In this document: positions 52,140 through 64,000 of the stretch, piece after piece | How the letters are laid out: each line of letters starts with the position of its first letter | Position numbering within the stretch: the stretch's first letter is position 1 | DNA from: Spironucleus salmonicida | Lineage: Eukaryota | Direction of reading: 5' to 3' | Length of the DNA stretch: 64,000 nucleotides | NCBI RefSeq assembly: GCF_000497125.1 | Contig: NC_090597.1 | Span: 631,797 to 695,796 of the forward strand | The notes under the pieces: generated by a model | What the model was told of the DNA's origin: nothing | Database searches by the model: none | Seen by the model: the letters and a program-made list of their open reading frames with translations, nothing else | Program-made: the position numbers and the translations under genes

Positions 52140-53589
52140 TAATTTACTTGGTATCAGAGTTTCGGGGTAGTAAGGTAGACATTAAAATTTAAGCTATTCT
52201 GGAGGGATAGATGATAAATCAGTATTATATTTCTGAACTGAGTTAGATTTTGTTTGGGGACGACTGAACATGTGTTTCTATTGTTGATGAAGCACTGGGT
52301 GTGTTAATGTTATATTTTAAATTTGAGAAGTTAGTACTATCCAATATTATTAATTTTGTAAATTCAATAAGTTTGAGGGTTTTGCGCTAATACTTATCAG
52401 GACATAAATAGATTATAAAATACTACTTTCTGCTTAATTAGGAGCGTTAGGCCTGGTTTGAATATTTGGAAAGAATATCGATAGATCCTACACTGAAATA
52501 ACGGTTTTGGTATATTATTAATATTAGTTGGCCCAATTAATACCAAGCTAAAAATTGTCTCATCACATGTTACGATTCCTATCAAGATACAGTAATTTAG
52601 TAAATTCTGCTTAGCTTAATATTCATGCTATGCATTTTTATAGTCAGGATTCCTCGACGATGGAACTTGATTTACTTAGTTAATACTATAATTGTAGGCT
52701 AGCATTTCTAAAGCAGAAATATTAGTTTGAAACTAATAAGAAGATAAAACGCCAAGTATACTTATAAATGATGTCATGTATACTAATTTGTTTTGGACTT
52801 TGGAATATCTATATGTAGAATTTGGTGATGGTTATTTAGTATTTAAGCAAATTGACTTTTTTTATTAGATACTCAAATATTTTTCTCTAATGATAATTTA
52901 GGAAGCATTTTGATACTTCTTATAGCTTAATTTTATCCAAAATTATAATTTTACCTAAATTTCTTAGGTTTTATTGTTACTTAATCTTCTCTGCCATAAA
53001 CGTATTATTTTTATATATTCTCGTGATTTAACTATCTGAGGCATAGTTAAACATAAAATTTTCTGTTAAAGTGTGTTCTAGCGAGATAGAGAAATCACTG
53101 AAACCATTTATACTGTAATAGGAATTGCAATAGTTAATACCAAATAATTAATATATGTTTATAACAGTAAGAATATAATGTAAATTTACTAATTATATAA
53201 TATTAAAATTCCTACATACTAATAATACATAAATCTGCTTTACCTGAAAATATCTACTCTAAGCCAAATTAGAAATAGTAAACAAACATTACTAATTATT
53301 GTCTTAATTAATCAAATTGACTTCTGTTATAATTATATTAATCAAATCCACACAGAATTACTTGATAAATAACAAAATTTATATTACCATTAATTTCCAT
53401 AGTAGTACTAATAATAAATATTTTATATTCTGCATGGTAACCCCTATAGAAATTTATTTTTCAAGATTACAAAAACCAGTAGAATTCTAATATTCCCCCT
53501 ATGTATAACTCCTTTTACCATTCATTCAATTACTTACCCTTACAATGAAAGCCTTATCATTCATATATTTAATCCAAATACTCTTTAAA

Positions 53590-55719
53590 ATGACGAGAAA
53601 CACGTGAATTGCTGCGTAGTCGCCTATAGATGTGAACACAGCTCCTACTTCAATAGCATACACCTGTCTAAATTATCACTTACTGACCATATTCAGAACC
53701 TACTCCACCACAACAGCACCAACTGTAATTCACTAATCTTTTCAGCTTGCACAGATATTCTGGAAACCCTGTCAGACATGCGCCCCAACTTCATATTTAT
53801 AAATGGGAGTTACAGCCTGAAATGCAGTAAAGCGAAGAACTTCTTCAGCAGTGAGTTCTGCCGCAGCACCTAATGATCGTCTTCCACTCCACTTTACTTG
53901 CCTACCACAGATGACTGGGTCAATAATGCAGCAGATACTCCAAATAATTCTAGCCCCAGTACCACCTCTGCATCCCAAGGATCCCAAAAACTTAGGCTAC
54001 CAACCAGATTCTGAAACCCTGCTCTAATTTACTTGTCGCAAACTGTACTCTACCTGCCTTACAAACCAAATTTTATCTAACACCTGCAACTGGACTATTC
54101 TAGATTGTGCATTTTGCCTTCTAAACAGTTAGTATCAAATTTATTCATATGGTGGTTTGCACGTGGGAACTTTTGTGCTATCGTTAAGGTAAAGAATGCA
54201 AGGTGAATTTTTACGGTTTCTTCTGCTATAACCGGACTCCCATATATACACGCGTTCCGTGCACACAAATCCCACCAATCTTCACTGCACGTGCGGCACC
54301 ATATGTTTCAGAACCGCAAGTCATGTGCTACAAGAAATTGAGCACTAGATAGGTGAGAAGAGTGCTTTATGGCGCCCAAATGCCTGACCTGCACCAATTG
54401 CAACATTTTGACCAGTTTCACGTGCTCGCATTACTAAATTCTGAATTTACTCAAATAGCGGTCTGCGTCTGCACGAACGCCGTTAACTGCGCATCGGATA
54501 CAACGAGATGCGCAGCCTGCAACGGAAACTACAACCCAGATGCTGGAATGCCCTGATATACCTGCACGCAAAAATTTTTCGAGGACACGTCAACGAACCC
54601 GAAAATATACTAAGACTGCTCAGCTAACTGCATGACCTGCTCGTCTGGCACCATCTGCAGTGCTTGCGATTCTGGCTTCGTCGTTGATGCTAACAAGTGC
54701 GAGAAGTGCACAGACTTGAACTGCATGACCTGCCAAGCCGGAAAGGACGTCTGCACCGCCTGCACAACCAGATTTCCGTGGCAGGCGACAAATGCGTCAA
54801 AAACTGCTCAACAGATTCCGAATGCGCTCCTTCTGAAATTTGTCAAACGATCTGCAAAACCTGTACCAATAACTGCGCTACCTGCGAGAATATGCTTAAC
54901 GAGTGCAAAAGCTGCATTCCAGGCTTCATTTTGGAAGGAACTTCCTGCGCTAATTGCGGCGATAACTGCGCCAATTGCGACGGGAATAAAGCAGTCTGCC
55001 GGTTGTGCAAGCGCAACTTTTTCCTGAAGGATGGTGCTTGTACGACCTGCGTCGATAACACCATCGAACAGTGCGAGTGCAATGAAGCCGTAAACTGCGC
55101 AACCTGTGAGACCGCGGACACGAAAAAATGCGAAAATTGCCTCACTGGGTACAAGAAGTCGGATGAAGGCTCTTGTGACGAGTGCTCGGAAGGCTTTTTC
55201 ATGAGCTAAAACTTGTGCTCCAAATGCGGTGACGTCTGCAAGAGCTGCTCAGGTGACGGGGAAAGGTGCGATACTTGTACTACTGGGTATACGATGAGCA
55301 TAAACCAAATATGCGAAAAAGACTGTACGGATGCTGTTACTGATGGCATGGTCTGCGTAGGGGATTAAATAGTGGCGTGTGGGAGTGATAGTTAGACAGT
55401 TGCATGCAAATGCGAAAGTGCGGTGAACTGCCTCAAATGCAACGGGACTGATAGCAAAAAATGCTAGTCTTGCATGCCAGGATACAAGCTTGCGGGAGAT
55501 GTCTGCACTGGGTGCGCTGATGGAGCTGAAGTCGTTGGTGCGTTCTGCTTTATCTCTGGTAATAAGTCTAAAAATAACCTTTCCGGTGGAGCTATTGCCG
55601 GCATTGTAATTGCAGTTTTGATTGTTGCTGGTGCGATAGGTGGCGGGGTATTCTGGTTTATGAGGCAGAAAAAGAAGACATCGGTGTCTGTTGAAGGGTC
55701 TGCTGGCATACAGGAATGA
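53590..55719 (+). pseudogene. CRMP pseudogene, 5' half decayed, 3' ~950 nt intact
   Basis: ATG 53590 is followed by TGA at codon 6. CXXC blocks from ~54450, frameshift at ~54770, then a clean frame to [30 protein letters not shown] and tail RQKKKTSVSVEGSAGIQE*. Confidence 0.85.
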
Positions 55720-58196
55720 GATATTTTATTGGTAGCGTTTATAGATGTGTAACATGGTTGGCCCTACCGGTACTAAAATTAATTAGATTATAATTGTTTA
55801 CCTGTGACCATGCAATTTGTGAATGGTCCCGCTGCAGATGGGAGACTTCCCCTCAAAAGGCACAAGAAATTGATTCATAGCAGGGGATGTTAAGTAGAAA
55901 ATTGTTTACTATATTGTGAACATTATCAGCTTAGGCGTGTTAATAAAACTAGTTTTAAAGTTAAAACATTGTTGTACATTTCTCTCAAATAGATTTTAAA
56001 TTTTTATTTAATCTTTAAATAAACATAGCATCGCTGTAATCACACTTACTCTACCATAAATTTAATAATATTTCTTAATTATATAATTAAATAAATATCA
56101 TCCTTAACTGGATATAGATTTACATAACTAAAATTTCGTTAATAAATTTAGAAGAATCTTTTTATTATATCTTGTTAAATACAATGAACAAGCTATTCTA
56201 AATTAACATTATATTCTATCTAACAACAGTAAATATAAACTCTCAATCGCAGATATATACAAACTCTATTCCATCTTAAAGTTGAGTCGGTGCAACCAGA
56301 AATACTGATAATTCAGCATTACACCAGTTTGAATAAAGACAGGCTCTTATTTTTGCAAGCAACAGCGTCATCTGACTAACCCGCTTTATTCGCAGCTTGT
56401 CTCGCCATTTATTTTAAAACTATATATTGGATACTATATGTAAAATAATAGCATTTTTAGAATAGAAGTGTTTTCTAAAATTCTTAATACTAGGATATTG
56501 TCCATATCTACTAGACACTAGTATGACATAGTAGAGTACTGTATACAGGGAGGTAAAGTATAATAGTAAAAAATTTATACAGCTGGTGCGTACTTAGTAT
56601 AGCAGTCAAGCTTTATCGTGTTGCCTGTAATGATTTAGCTCACGATATCCAGTGACATTTTACTTATTCATAGTATAGAGTATAAATTTCGAAGAACAAA
56701 ACATGCAAATACTGCAAAAATAGGTATGAACGATCCTTAAGGCCCTTAGGCTATATGACAACTTTCTTGGTTCTAACAATAACCATCATTCGCAAAAGAT
56801 GGTTGAATGCGAATATTTCCATCACAAGTTATCACCTTGCGGGGGCATCTAGCTCACAAAAAATAAAAGCTAACCTGCCAAGCCTAAAACGCTAGAAAAC
56901 ATTCCAAGAAAAACTTCCCAGTTCACCGTATGCCCACAAAAATACTCCACACAAAACACCATTTCAACACTGATAACAAAAAACACAACTGCTCAACTCC
57001 CGGTTCCCATTTTCACGTAACGCCCTTCACCGCGACTTTACCTGCCCTTGAAGATACTTAACCCATGTACACCTAAAAACAGATTCGGCGATGCCTTATC
57101 GATGTTATTGCCACCTAAAGCATATCCCATTAACTACATTTGCAGAGTCATGCGCAATTTCTTACCGCGTTCCGAGGTCTGGTCGCACTGACTGAAGCAA
57201 AGCTGATAACCAGGAAAATTATCAAAACGCCCAATCAGTATCATATACATAACACCTGCAAAACCTCCACCCTGCGGTATCATGTCAAAAACCTGAAGTG
57301 AAATCATTGAAACGTACGCAGACGAAATACCAGCGGCCAAACTCTGCCCTCGTTGTACTCAAAGCTGTCAGAACCAACATCAACCAAAATGACACCAATG
57401 GAACCAAATTTTAATGTCCAAAAACACAAATTCTGATAATCCTGCAACTATCGCTTGTTCGAGATACTCTTGCATATAGCGCAGTACAGTCAGTATTGTA
57501 TCACTTTTCAGCGAATTGCGCACCAATCTATTCATTTTGTCGGTATGGCTATATTTATATCTGTTTAGGTAGGCCATACAGCTGGTGCGACAAATATAGG
57601 ATAGTTATGGAACTTCGTTAATATGTGGTCTCAGTGAAATAGCATATTTTTGGATGGGTGTGGTGGGATTCTTGTGTGGAAGAAGTGGATGCAGCAAAAA
57701 TATTATTATGTTGGTGCAAATAATCGCAGTAGCGGCTCTATAAGTTTGCTAGCTTCTTCCAATTGATGAAAGAATGCACATATTAGAGATGGTGGTGGAC
57801 TAGTAATGACAGAATGGAAGCTATATGCTAATTTTATATACTTATTATTTCATATTCGTTTAATACCCCAGTATGAATTAAATTAGTCCTAAACTATCAT
57901 GTGTAGTGCGTAATTGGTATTAGAATATCAGCAATTATTCTGCTTTGAGTTAGATATAGACTGAAAACGTGTTAGCAAGATGGAGGATTATCCCAAGCGG
58001 TTACATGCGCATCCCATAGACTAATATAGCTAGAAGATGCAGTAAATATTATCATCACTTGATGGTGGTATATGGCTCCTACTAATTTTCATCAAAATTT
58101 AATAATAATCTCGTCATACAACATATTGGTATATAGTATACCAGGTATCAAAGAATAATATTTTAAAATATTTTCAGTGCTAATATATAGTCTAAA

Positions 58197-59096
58197 ATGG
58201 AATTACAGTATCATCCAGTCACACAAAGGGTTCCACAGAAGAATAAACTGTAACTCCTTCGGGTGGAGCTATTAAAGAGTGGATAATAAATGCAATTAAC
58301 TGATAAGATATAGCCTATTTTGGAACGGATAGTTTAAAAATCAATGGTAAATATCAAGTATTTTACCAAAATTATGACTATTGGTACACATCTTAATAGT
58401 TAATCGTAAGGAATGAAGATCCAACGAAAGTACTATGTATCCACCAACCGAAGCATTTAACATAACTAACATTACAAAAACTTGTCGTTTACCATTAAAG
58501 AGTAGATAAATTATATACGAAATATGTTGCGTGATGAGAATAAAATAAAAATAAAATTATATAAATCTACATAAATACAAATTAATAATTAGAATATCTG
58601 TATAATGTTGTTACAAAGTGCTTAGTTTTCGCTACGGTATGGATTTTATAAAAGTAAAATATTTAGAGGCAAATGGCTACACTGCAGTAAAAACTTACTG
58701 ATTTAAAGCCCTAAAAATACTCTAAACCTAACATCGCGTGAATAAGTTGGCTAGAACCATTTTAACCACTATGAAATGGTAAAACTGAATATAAGGATAT
58801 CTTATTCCCTTTTACACCTAATAATCGCATTTATTTACTATTTTATCAGAATTTTAAACCTCAGAATTTTACCACTCAGTCCCAAGTAATATTTTTACTA
58901 CAAGACCATTTAACATTTAACGACTCATGAACCCTTTTAGGGCTGTTACAACAATTTTTCAAATTAAACCCTGCAAAATACAATTTTCAGCCTCCATACT
59001 AAATCTCAAGCTACACAATTGAAGCAACATTCTCACCGATTCCTCAAGAGTTTCTACCCTACCCTAAACTAGATTTTGCATGACAATATCATGTGA
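58197..59096 (+). CDS. Hypothetical protein, 299 aa
   Basis: taaaATG context; frame open for 300 codons (MELQYHPVTQRVPQKNKL...HDNIM*) with TAA/TAG=Gln. No recognisable motif, so it may be a chance frame. Confidence 0.3.
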
Positions 59097-59225
59097 ATAC
59101 TGCAATCGTGCGTTCCACATTAGTAGTTCTGCGTATTTGCTGTCAACCAACTCTCAAACGGTCAAAAAATCATGTAAATGTTGAAACAGCTCAGTTAAGG
59201 CTTTTTGACTGCGCAAAAACGTATT

Positions 59226-59468
59226 TCATGCTTTTGTGCAGGAACGAGATATGTTTTTTGCGGGTTTTTATGGTTATTATGGTTATACTTTTTTAGTCTC
59301 TTGCAATGTTTCTGGTTATGGTAAATATTTTGTAAATCTGTTTGTCATGTATAATACCTTTCCTAATTTATCTTTAGTTTGATCTTTTAGACCTAATGTA
59401 TTAATAACTAGATGTCTTCCGGCTGTTGCGATGTCTGTTCTTTTGTTAATTTAATCTGCAATATTCAT
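59226..59468 (-). CDS. Small element ORF, 80 aa, unknown function (C-terminus may cross the element junction)
   Basis: T7 tract 10 nt before ATG 59468; MNIADQINKRTDIATAGRHLVINTLGLKDQTKDKLGKVLYMTNRFTKYLPQPETLQETKKVQPQQPQKPAKNISRSCTKA*. Confidence 0.5.
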
Positions 59469-59500
59469 TTTAATAATTAAAAAAATTGATTTTTCGTAAG

Positions 59501-59971
59501 TCACTTAAATCTTGCTTATAACATTTAACATGTGGTCAATGAAGTTTATTAAATCGGGCTGTTCCTTTATTTGTTAATGTGAATCTGTAACTGATTCTAA
59601 CATTGGTTTTTCAACGATTTGCTCTTTTTTGAGTTGTTATTAACTTTCAAATTTTTAAAGAATTAATATTTAAATTATTTTAACTATTTTATAATTCTGT
59701 TAGTGTATCAATACTTTGGATTTTTGATTATTAAATTACCTATTTATTTTCATTCTTATCTCAAACATTTTTGATTATGTTTCTTTTAATTACATATATT
59801 ACTTAATTAATATTTCTTATTTTTATACGTATGGTTATATTTCTCTTTATTATGTTATATTTCATCTATACATTCATAATTCTTCTTTAATTTCCTTATT
59901 TTTATATTTTTGTTATCTGAATTAACTGAATTATTTTATTTATTTTTTGTATCAATTGAATTCGATGCCAT
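59501..59971 (-). pseudogene. Degenerate element ORF (~157 codons, K/Q/N-rich)
   Basis: T8 tract upstream; starts MASNSIDTK... and ends ...KEQPDLINFIDHMLNVQARFK* in AGTGA. Internal TGA/frameshifts at ~59650-59820. Confidence 0.4.
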
Positions 59972-60265
59972 TCAATTTTATTAATACAAAAAAAATACTT
60001 GGATAATTTCTCATAACAGAATAGTTTTAGTACTAAACGCCCTAGTGTTGATCTCTTCCGATGAATCATATATTCTTTCATTAATACTAATAAATCTTAT
60101 GCGTTTAAGTTATCTCTCGCCACGATATCTGCTATATATTTTAAATCTGCTCTCAAGATCTTATGCTCATCGTTATAGAATTATATATTATTTTTTATAT
60201 TACTTAACCAAAAGTTAACTTTCCCATTTTACTATATTAAATAAATATAACTCTGGAAATATCAA

Positions 60266-63200
60266 TCATTCTTTTACATAGCCAAATGATAATGTAGCTA
60301 TTTCATTCGGTGTTGAATTAAAATCAATACATCGTTTCTATGAGTCCATTTTGATCGATTTATATGTTGTGTTTGTATATATGCTACAATCCTTCTAATC
60401 TCTTATGAAGTTTATTTCTTGCTTTACTTTTACTTATACCATCTGATCGTTGGGTATTATGCATTACTATTTTTATCTATATTGATCTTATCAAATAACA
60501 CGTTCATGTATACTTCAAATAAATGCTTTTATGATTGATCTTCCAATGTCATGATTCCTTACTTGTCAACTGTGATACCCTTTGATGTATGAGCGTATTT
60601 GATTCCGTCTGTATACGCATATACTTATTCCCCTAGACATACCCATAACTCTGGGTCCAGCTTCTATTCGTATTAGCAAGAGTACGTATTCTTGAATGTG
60701 ACAGATATCAAGTTTGGATACATTCCTCTATCCAGTATACAATAGATTGAATCTGTATCTCCATATAAAACCAATTCTTTCAATTCATCGTTTATATATC
60801 TCATTAATGTGTATAACAGTGTTCTTTATACGGATATTATCGCTCCTGCGAATGATACGTTTGATTAAGATCTTTATGTTTGTTGCAACTGTTCTTCATA
60901 ATTAAATGTATTCTTAAATATATTTTATCCCACCAGTTAAACTGTGCAATCATTGTGTAGCTCCTTATCGCACTGTTCAAATATTAACTCTCATTAATGA
61001 AATTATGTTGTGGGTCTTACCACGTTTTGACCTGTTTTACTATATATTGCATTTAATAACAGCTTATAGAACGATTTACCTCCAGGGTTTAACTTTATTG
61101 ATCTATAATCCTACTATCCTTTCTGTTTTATATATGCTATGCCATTATCATACTTATAATCAAACTTACAATCATTTGCTAATTGCTTTAGTACAGCTTC
61201 ATCTTTATAACCATCTTGATCTGAGTGCAATATCTTGTTGAACAACTATGAATTAATGTAAGTGTTTCCTTCATATTTCTTATCATTAAAACTTGTTATT
61301 TAGTACGTATGTATCTTGCATATCTCCCTGAACGTATAACCTTCGTATAAAGCATTTATCAATTCAATCTCATGCCAAAACCCATAAAGATATCTTTATT
61401 CGAGGTTGTGCTTACATTTATCATGATTGTTAACATTCAAACATTGCTATTCTGCACATGTTCTACATAAGGTAAACAATAACTTGTTCCAAATATGACA
61501 TCATAACACTGGGAACTTTAAATTCCTTGGTGGTAACATCTAATATTTGATTTAAATTACTCTATACTTCTTATCGCATCTAGCTAAATAGTATTGACGC
61601 CTTTCTTCTGCTGTAATCTTCCTTGGTATGCTCTTAATGTATTCAATTAAGTTATCAATATAGGCCTAATGAAGTTTAAACTTATGCTTTGCTATATCTT
61701 TTGAATCAATACTTTTAGTATAGGTTTAGCTTCCTGCATGTGTTCCAACAATTAAATCTCTTAAAGGTAAGTTTCCAAATACCATGCCTGAAGGGTAAAG
61801 CGATGTGAAGCCAATTCCGTACAGCTTTTCGTTTGGTATATCGATTTCTCTACAATGAGTGTAGCATTCAGTTCTTACTCCTGCTAATATCAATCTATTG
61901 CTTATGTTGTATTATGGAGGCATCTCTATCTTGATATCGGTGTCCTATTCAAATTTAATAAACTCAACGTCTGTTACATGAAAGATGTCTTCAAATGAGT
62001 CTTCATTTATTTTATCTTTTAAGTGTAATCCTTTCGTTTGATGCTGTCTCTTCCTTTCTTGCATTACTTTATAATACTTATATGTTTGCTTTAATTCCTT
62101 TAACCCATGATAGAACACTCCATCCAATTCTAATCCATACATCTTAGTTACTCCCTCCGTTTCATCATGGAATACTATGTCAATATTGTATCTTGTATCT
62201 AAGAACCTTTGATTGTATAGTATATTTGTTATCTTGGTAAAGTTGGTTCCTAAAAGTTTATTTATCATTCCACTGTCATTCAAAGTTAGATGTGCTAAGC
62301 GATACTCGCATTTCGATTTGCTATGTTTTAGATCTTAATAACCTATTTATATTTTTATATTGCAGTGGTGTGTGAATAGGTTCATTGGCATTGATGGTGC
62401 TGTTAAATAGTTGAGGATGTTGACACTCTATTCCTTTAGTGATACCTCTACCCATTTCACTAGAGCTTTGCTTAAAATGAGCTATCTTGAATACAATAAT
62501 TAATATACTAATCAATGAAGTCTAAGTGATCATAGTCGTTAGCATATTAATTGAACTCATCCAAGCTTAACTTATCAAAGTGTTTCTGTTATAGAATGCC
62601 TTCTTTTACTAATTCACTTATTGATTTAAGACTCCCTCCGTTTTAAATATACAAATCAAATATATCTTTTGTTAAAAACGTGTATGACTATAGTTGTTTT
62701 CGAACTTCAAGTCCAAGGGCCAATTCCTTATTTAGTTTAGATAATGGTGAAGTTATGAGTCTAAACGAATCCTTAAACGACATTCCATTTATTTTCAAAT
62801 TCAATAGCTTGTTGTTTGTAATCAGTGTTTCGAATTCGAATTGCTCTTTTACTTTCATTATAACTGCTAATAATAAGTAGTTGTCATATCCTGATGCATT
62901 GTGTGCATAGAAGTCTTTTATCTTATATTTCTTAGCTATTAGTTCCATGTGCCTTATAAATTTGATTAGCAAATCGTCTGTTGAAGTGATGCAGTTGCCT
63001 GATTCTTTTAATCTAAGTTCGTTACCATAAAAGTGATCCATCTCTTCATATGTGTTTGTTTCCTTATCGTGTATGTTTATAATCCATATTACTAAAAATG
63101 GGATGTGTTTCATTGAATACTTTGAATAGTTATCATCATCTTCATTTAGATTCTCGAATAGGCTTTCTATATCCTGAGTTAGAAATGATTTCTATTCATC

Positions 63201-64000
63201 ATAAAGGTTTCCTTGTTTGAAATACTATCCTTCATATTCAATTTACGTTTTACATTTGCGTGATGAGTTGTGTGTCGTATTACAATGACTGCATGGTGAA
63301 AACTTCTCGCATTTCTTTTAATGTCGTTCTAAGCATTTGCTATTGGGTGTGTTATGGAGCTATATTTTACAGTTTTAACATTAATAACTTTTGTTGTCTT
63401 TTGATCTTACATGACTGTAGTTGCAAAACGTACAATAATACTTAGTAGCCACTTCTTCTGCTTGTGTACATTCATAACATTGGTTCTTCTTATGGAAGAG
63501 GTTTTGGTGTTGATAGCAATAAATATATTCCTTGTGCATTGGGTTTATTGTATTTATGCATTGCTTAAAATCCATTATGACATTGTAATGTCCACTGCAT
63601 AAAACTAATAAAAGCTCCATTTCTGAATTTGGATACAAGTCATTTACTTTATTAACTTCTGCTACTCTTATCTTTATATTCAAATATCATTCTGCTCTTA
63701 TTAGTATCTCTATATCTGCTAACTCCTCTGCATGTTTGTTGATTTCATTTATACGCATATGCGTAAAGTAGTATAAGTATTAGTTTCTAGCTTTAGTTTT
63801 GTCTAAGGGCTTATCTAAATACGTTTGTAAAGCCTTACCTGCATCAAATGCTATTGTGGCCATTGTATATGGTCTCGCTCCTAACTAAAAGATATGTTTC
63901 TTATCAACTGTTTTTGATTTCTTGATGAATTCTGCAATGATGGCCGCATATAGACAGTTGTGGTCATTATTTTTGACAAAGAATATAGACCCTTTAAATT
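60266..64000 (-). pseudogene. Protein-primed family B DNA polymerase, copy 2 (OTU to C-terminus), multiply disrupted
   Basis: Same motifs as copy 1 plus the C-terminal SKGIT and KRCID...TLSFGYVKE* (TGA 60266). Vsr-like DIVF...LELDGVFYHG intact. TGA stops at 63687, 61501 and 60991; frameshifts at ~62482 and ~60470. Confidence 0.9.

Larger units (their letters stand above)
59226..64000 (-). mobile_element. Polinton/Maverick-like pPolB element, copy 2; 3' part, cut by the right window edge
   Basis: 60678-64000 is a direct repeat of 1-3322. 59226-60677 supplies the pPolB C-terminus and small co-oriented ORFs of the same composition. Left boundary approximate (~59226-59270). Confidence 0.75.

Noticed and set aside
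56700-57700. GC-richer minus-strand coding-like stretch (track ORFs 57134-57340, 57380-57577)
   Set aside because: It may be a decayed gene, but the frames are broken and I recognise no diagnostic motif, so no call is supportable.
59226-59300. Terminal inverted repeat or target-site duplication for the pPolB element
   Set aside because: No reverse-complement match to 5095-5280 and no AG...CT-type terminus were visible; the opposite ends of both copies lie outside the window.
1-64000. CRISPR arrays, rRNA, tRNA, spliceosomal introns
   Set aside because: No regularly spaced short repeats or recognisable structural RNA were seen, and intact genes read through without needing introns. A small ncRNA could be missed by eye.

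Overview
AT-rich eukaryotic DNA that uses the alternative nuclear code in which TAA/TAG = Gln and TGA is the only stop. Together with the KKxKK-tailed cysteine-rich membrane proteins and AGTGA overlapping many stop codons, this points to a hexamitid diplomonad, most likely Spironucleus-like. The supplied standard-code ORF track therefore fragments every gene, and I re-translated genes by hand. The core (~5.4-55.7 kb) is a birth-and-death cluster of about 17 CXXC-rich type-I membrane protein (CRMP/VSP-like) loci: 7 intact, 1 with a single frameshift, and the rest pseudogenes, fragments or chimeras linked by kb-scale direct and inverted duplications. Embedded in it are an MFS sugar transporter (448 aa) and a 1814-aa ankyrin-repeat protein. 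Both window edges hold direct-repeat copies, 60,677 bp apart, of a decaying Polinton/Maverick-like or linear-plasmid-like element written in the host code. It encodes a ~1600-aa protein-primed family B DNA polymerase with the order putative terminal protein, OTU-like Cys protease, Zn-finger, 3'-5' exonuclease, Vsr-like nuclease insert, polymerase, plus a few small co-oriented ORFs. I recognised no capsid, integrase or terminal inverted repeat. All identities and alignments were judged by eye; no searches were run.
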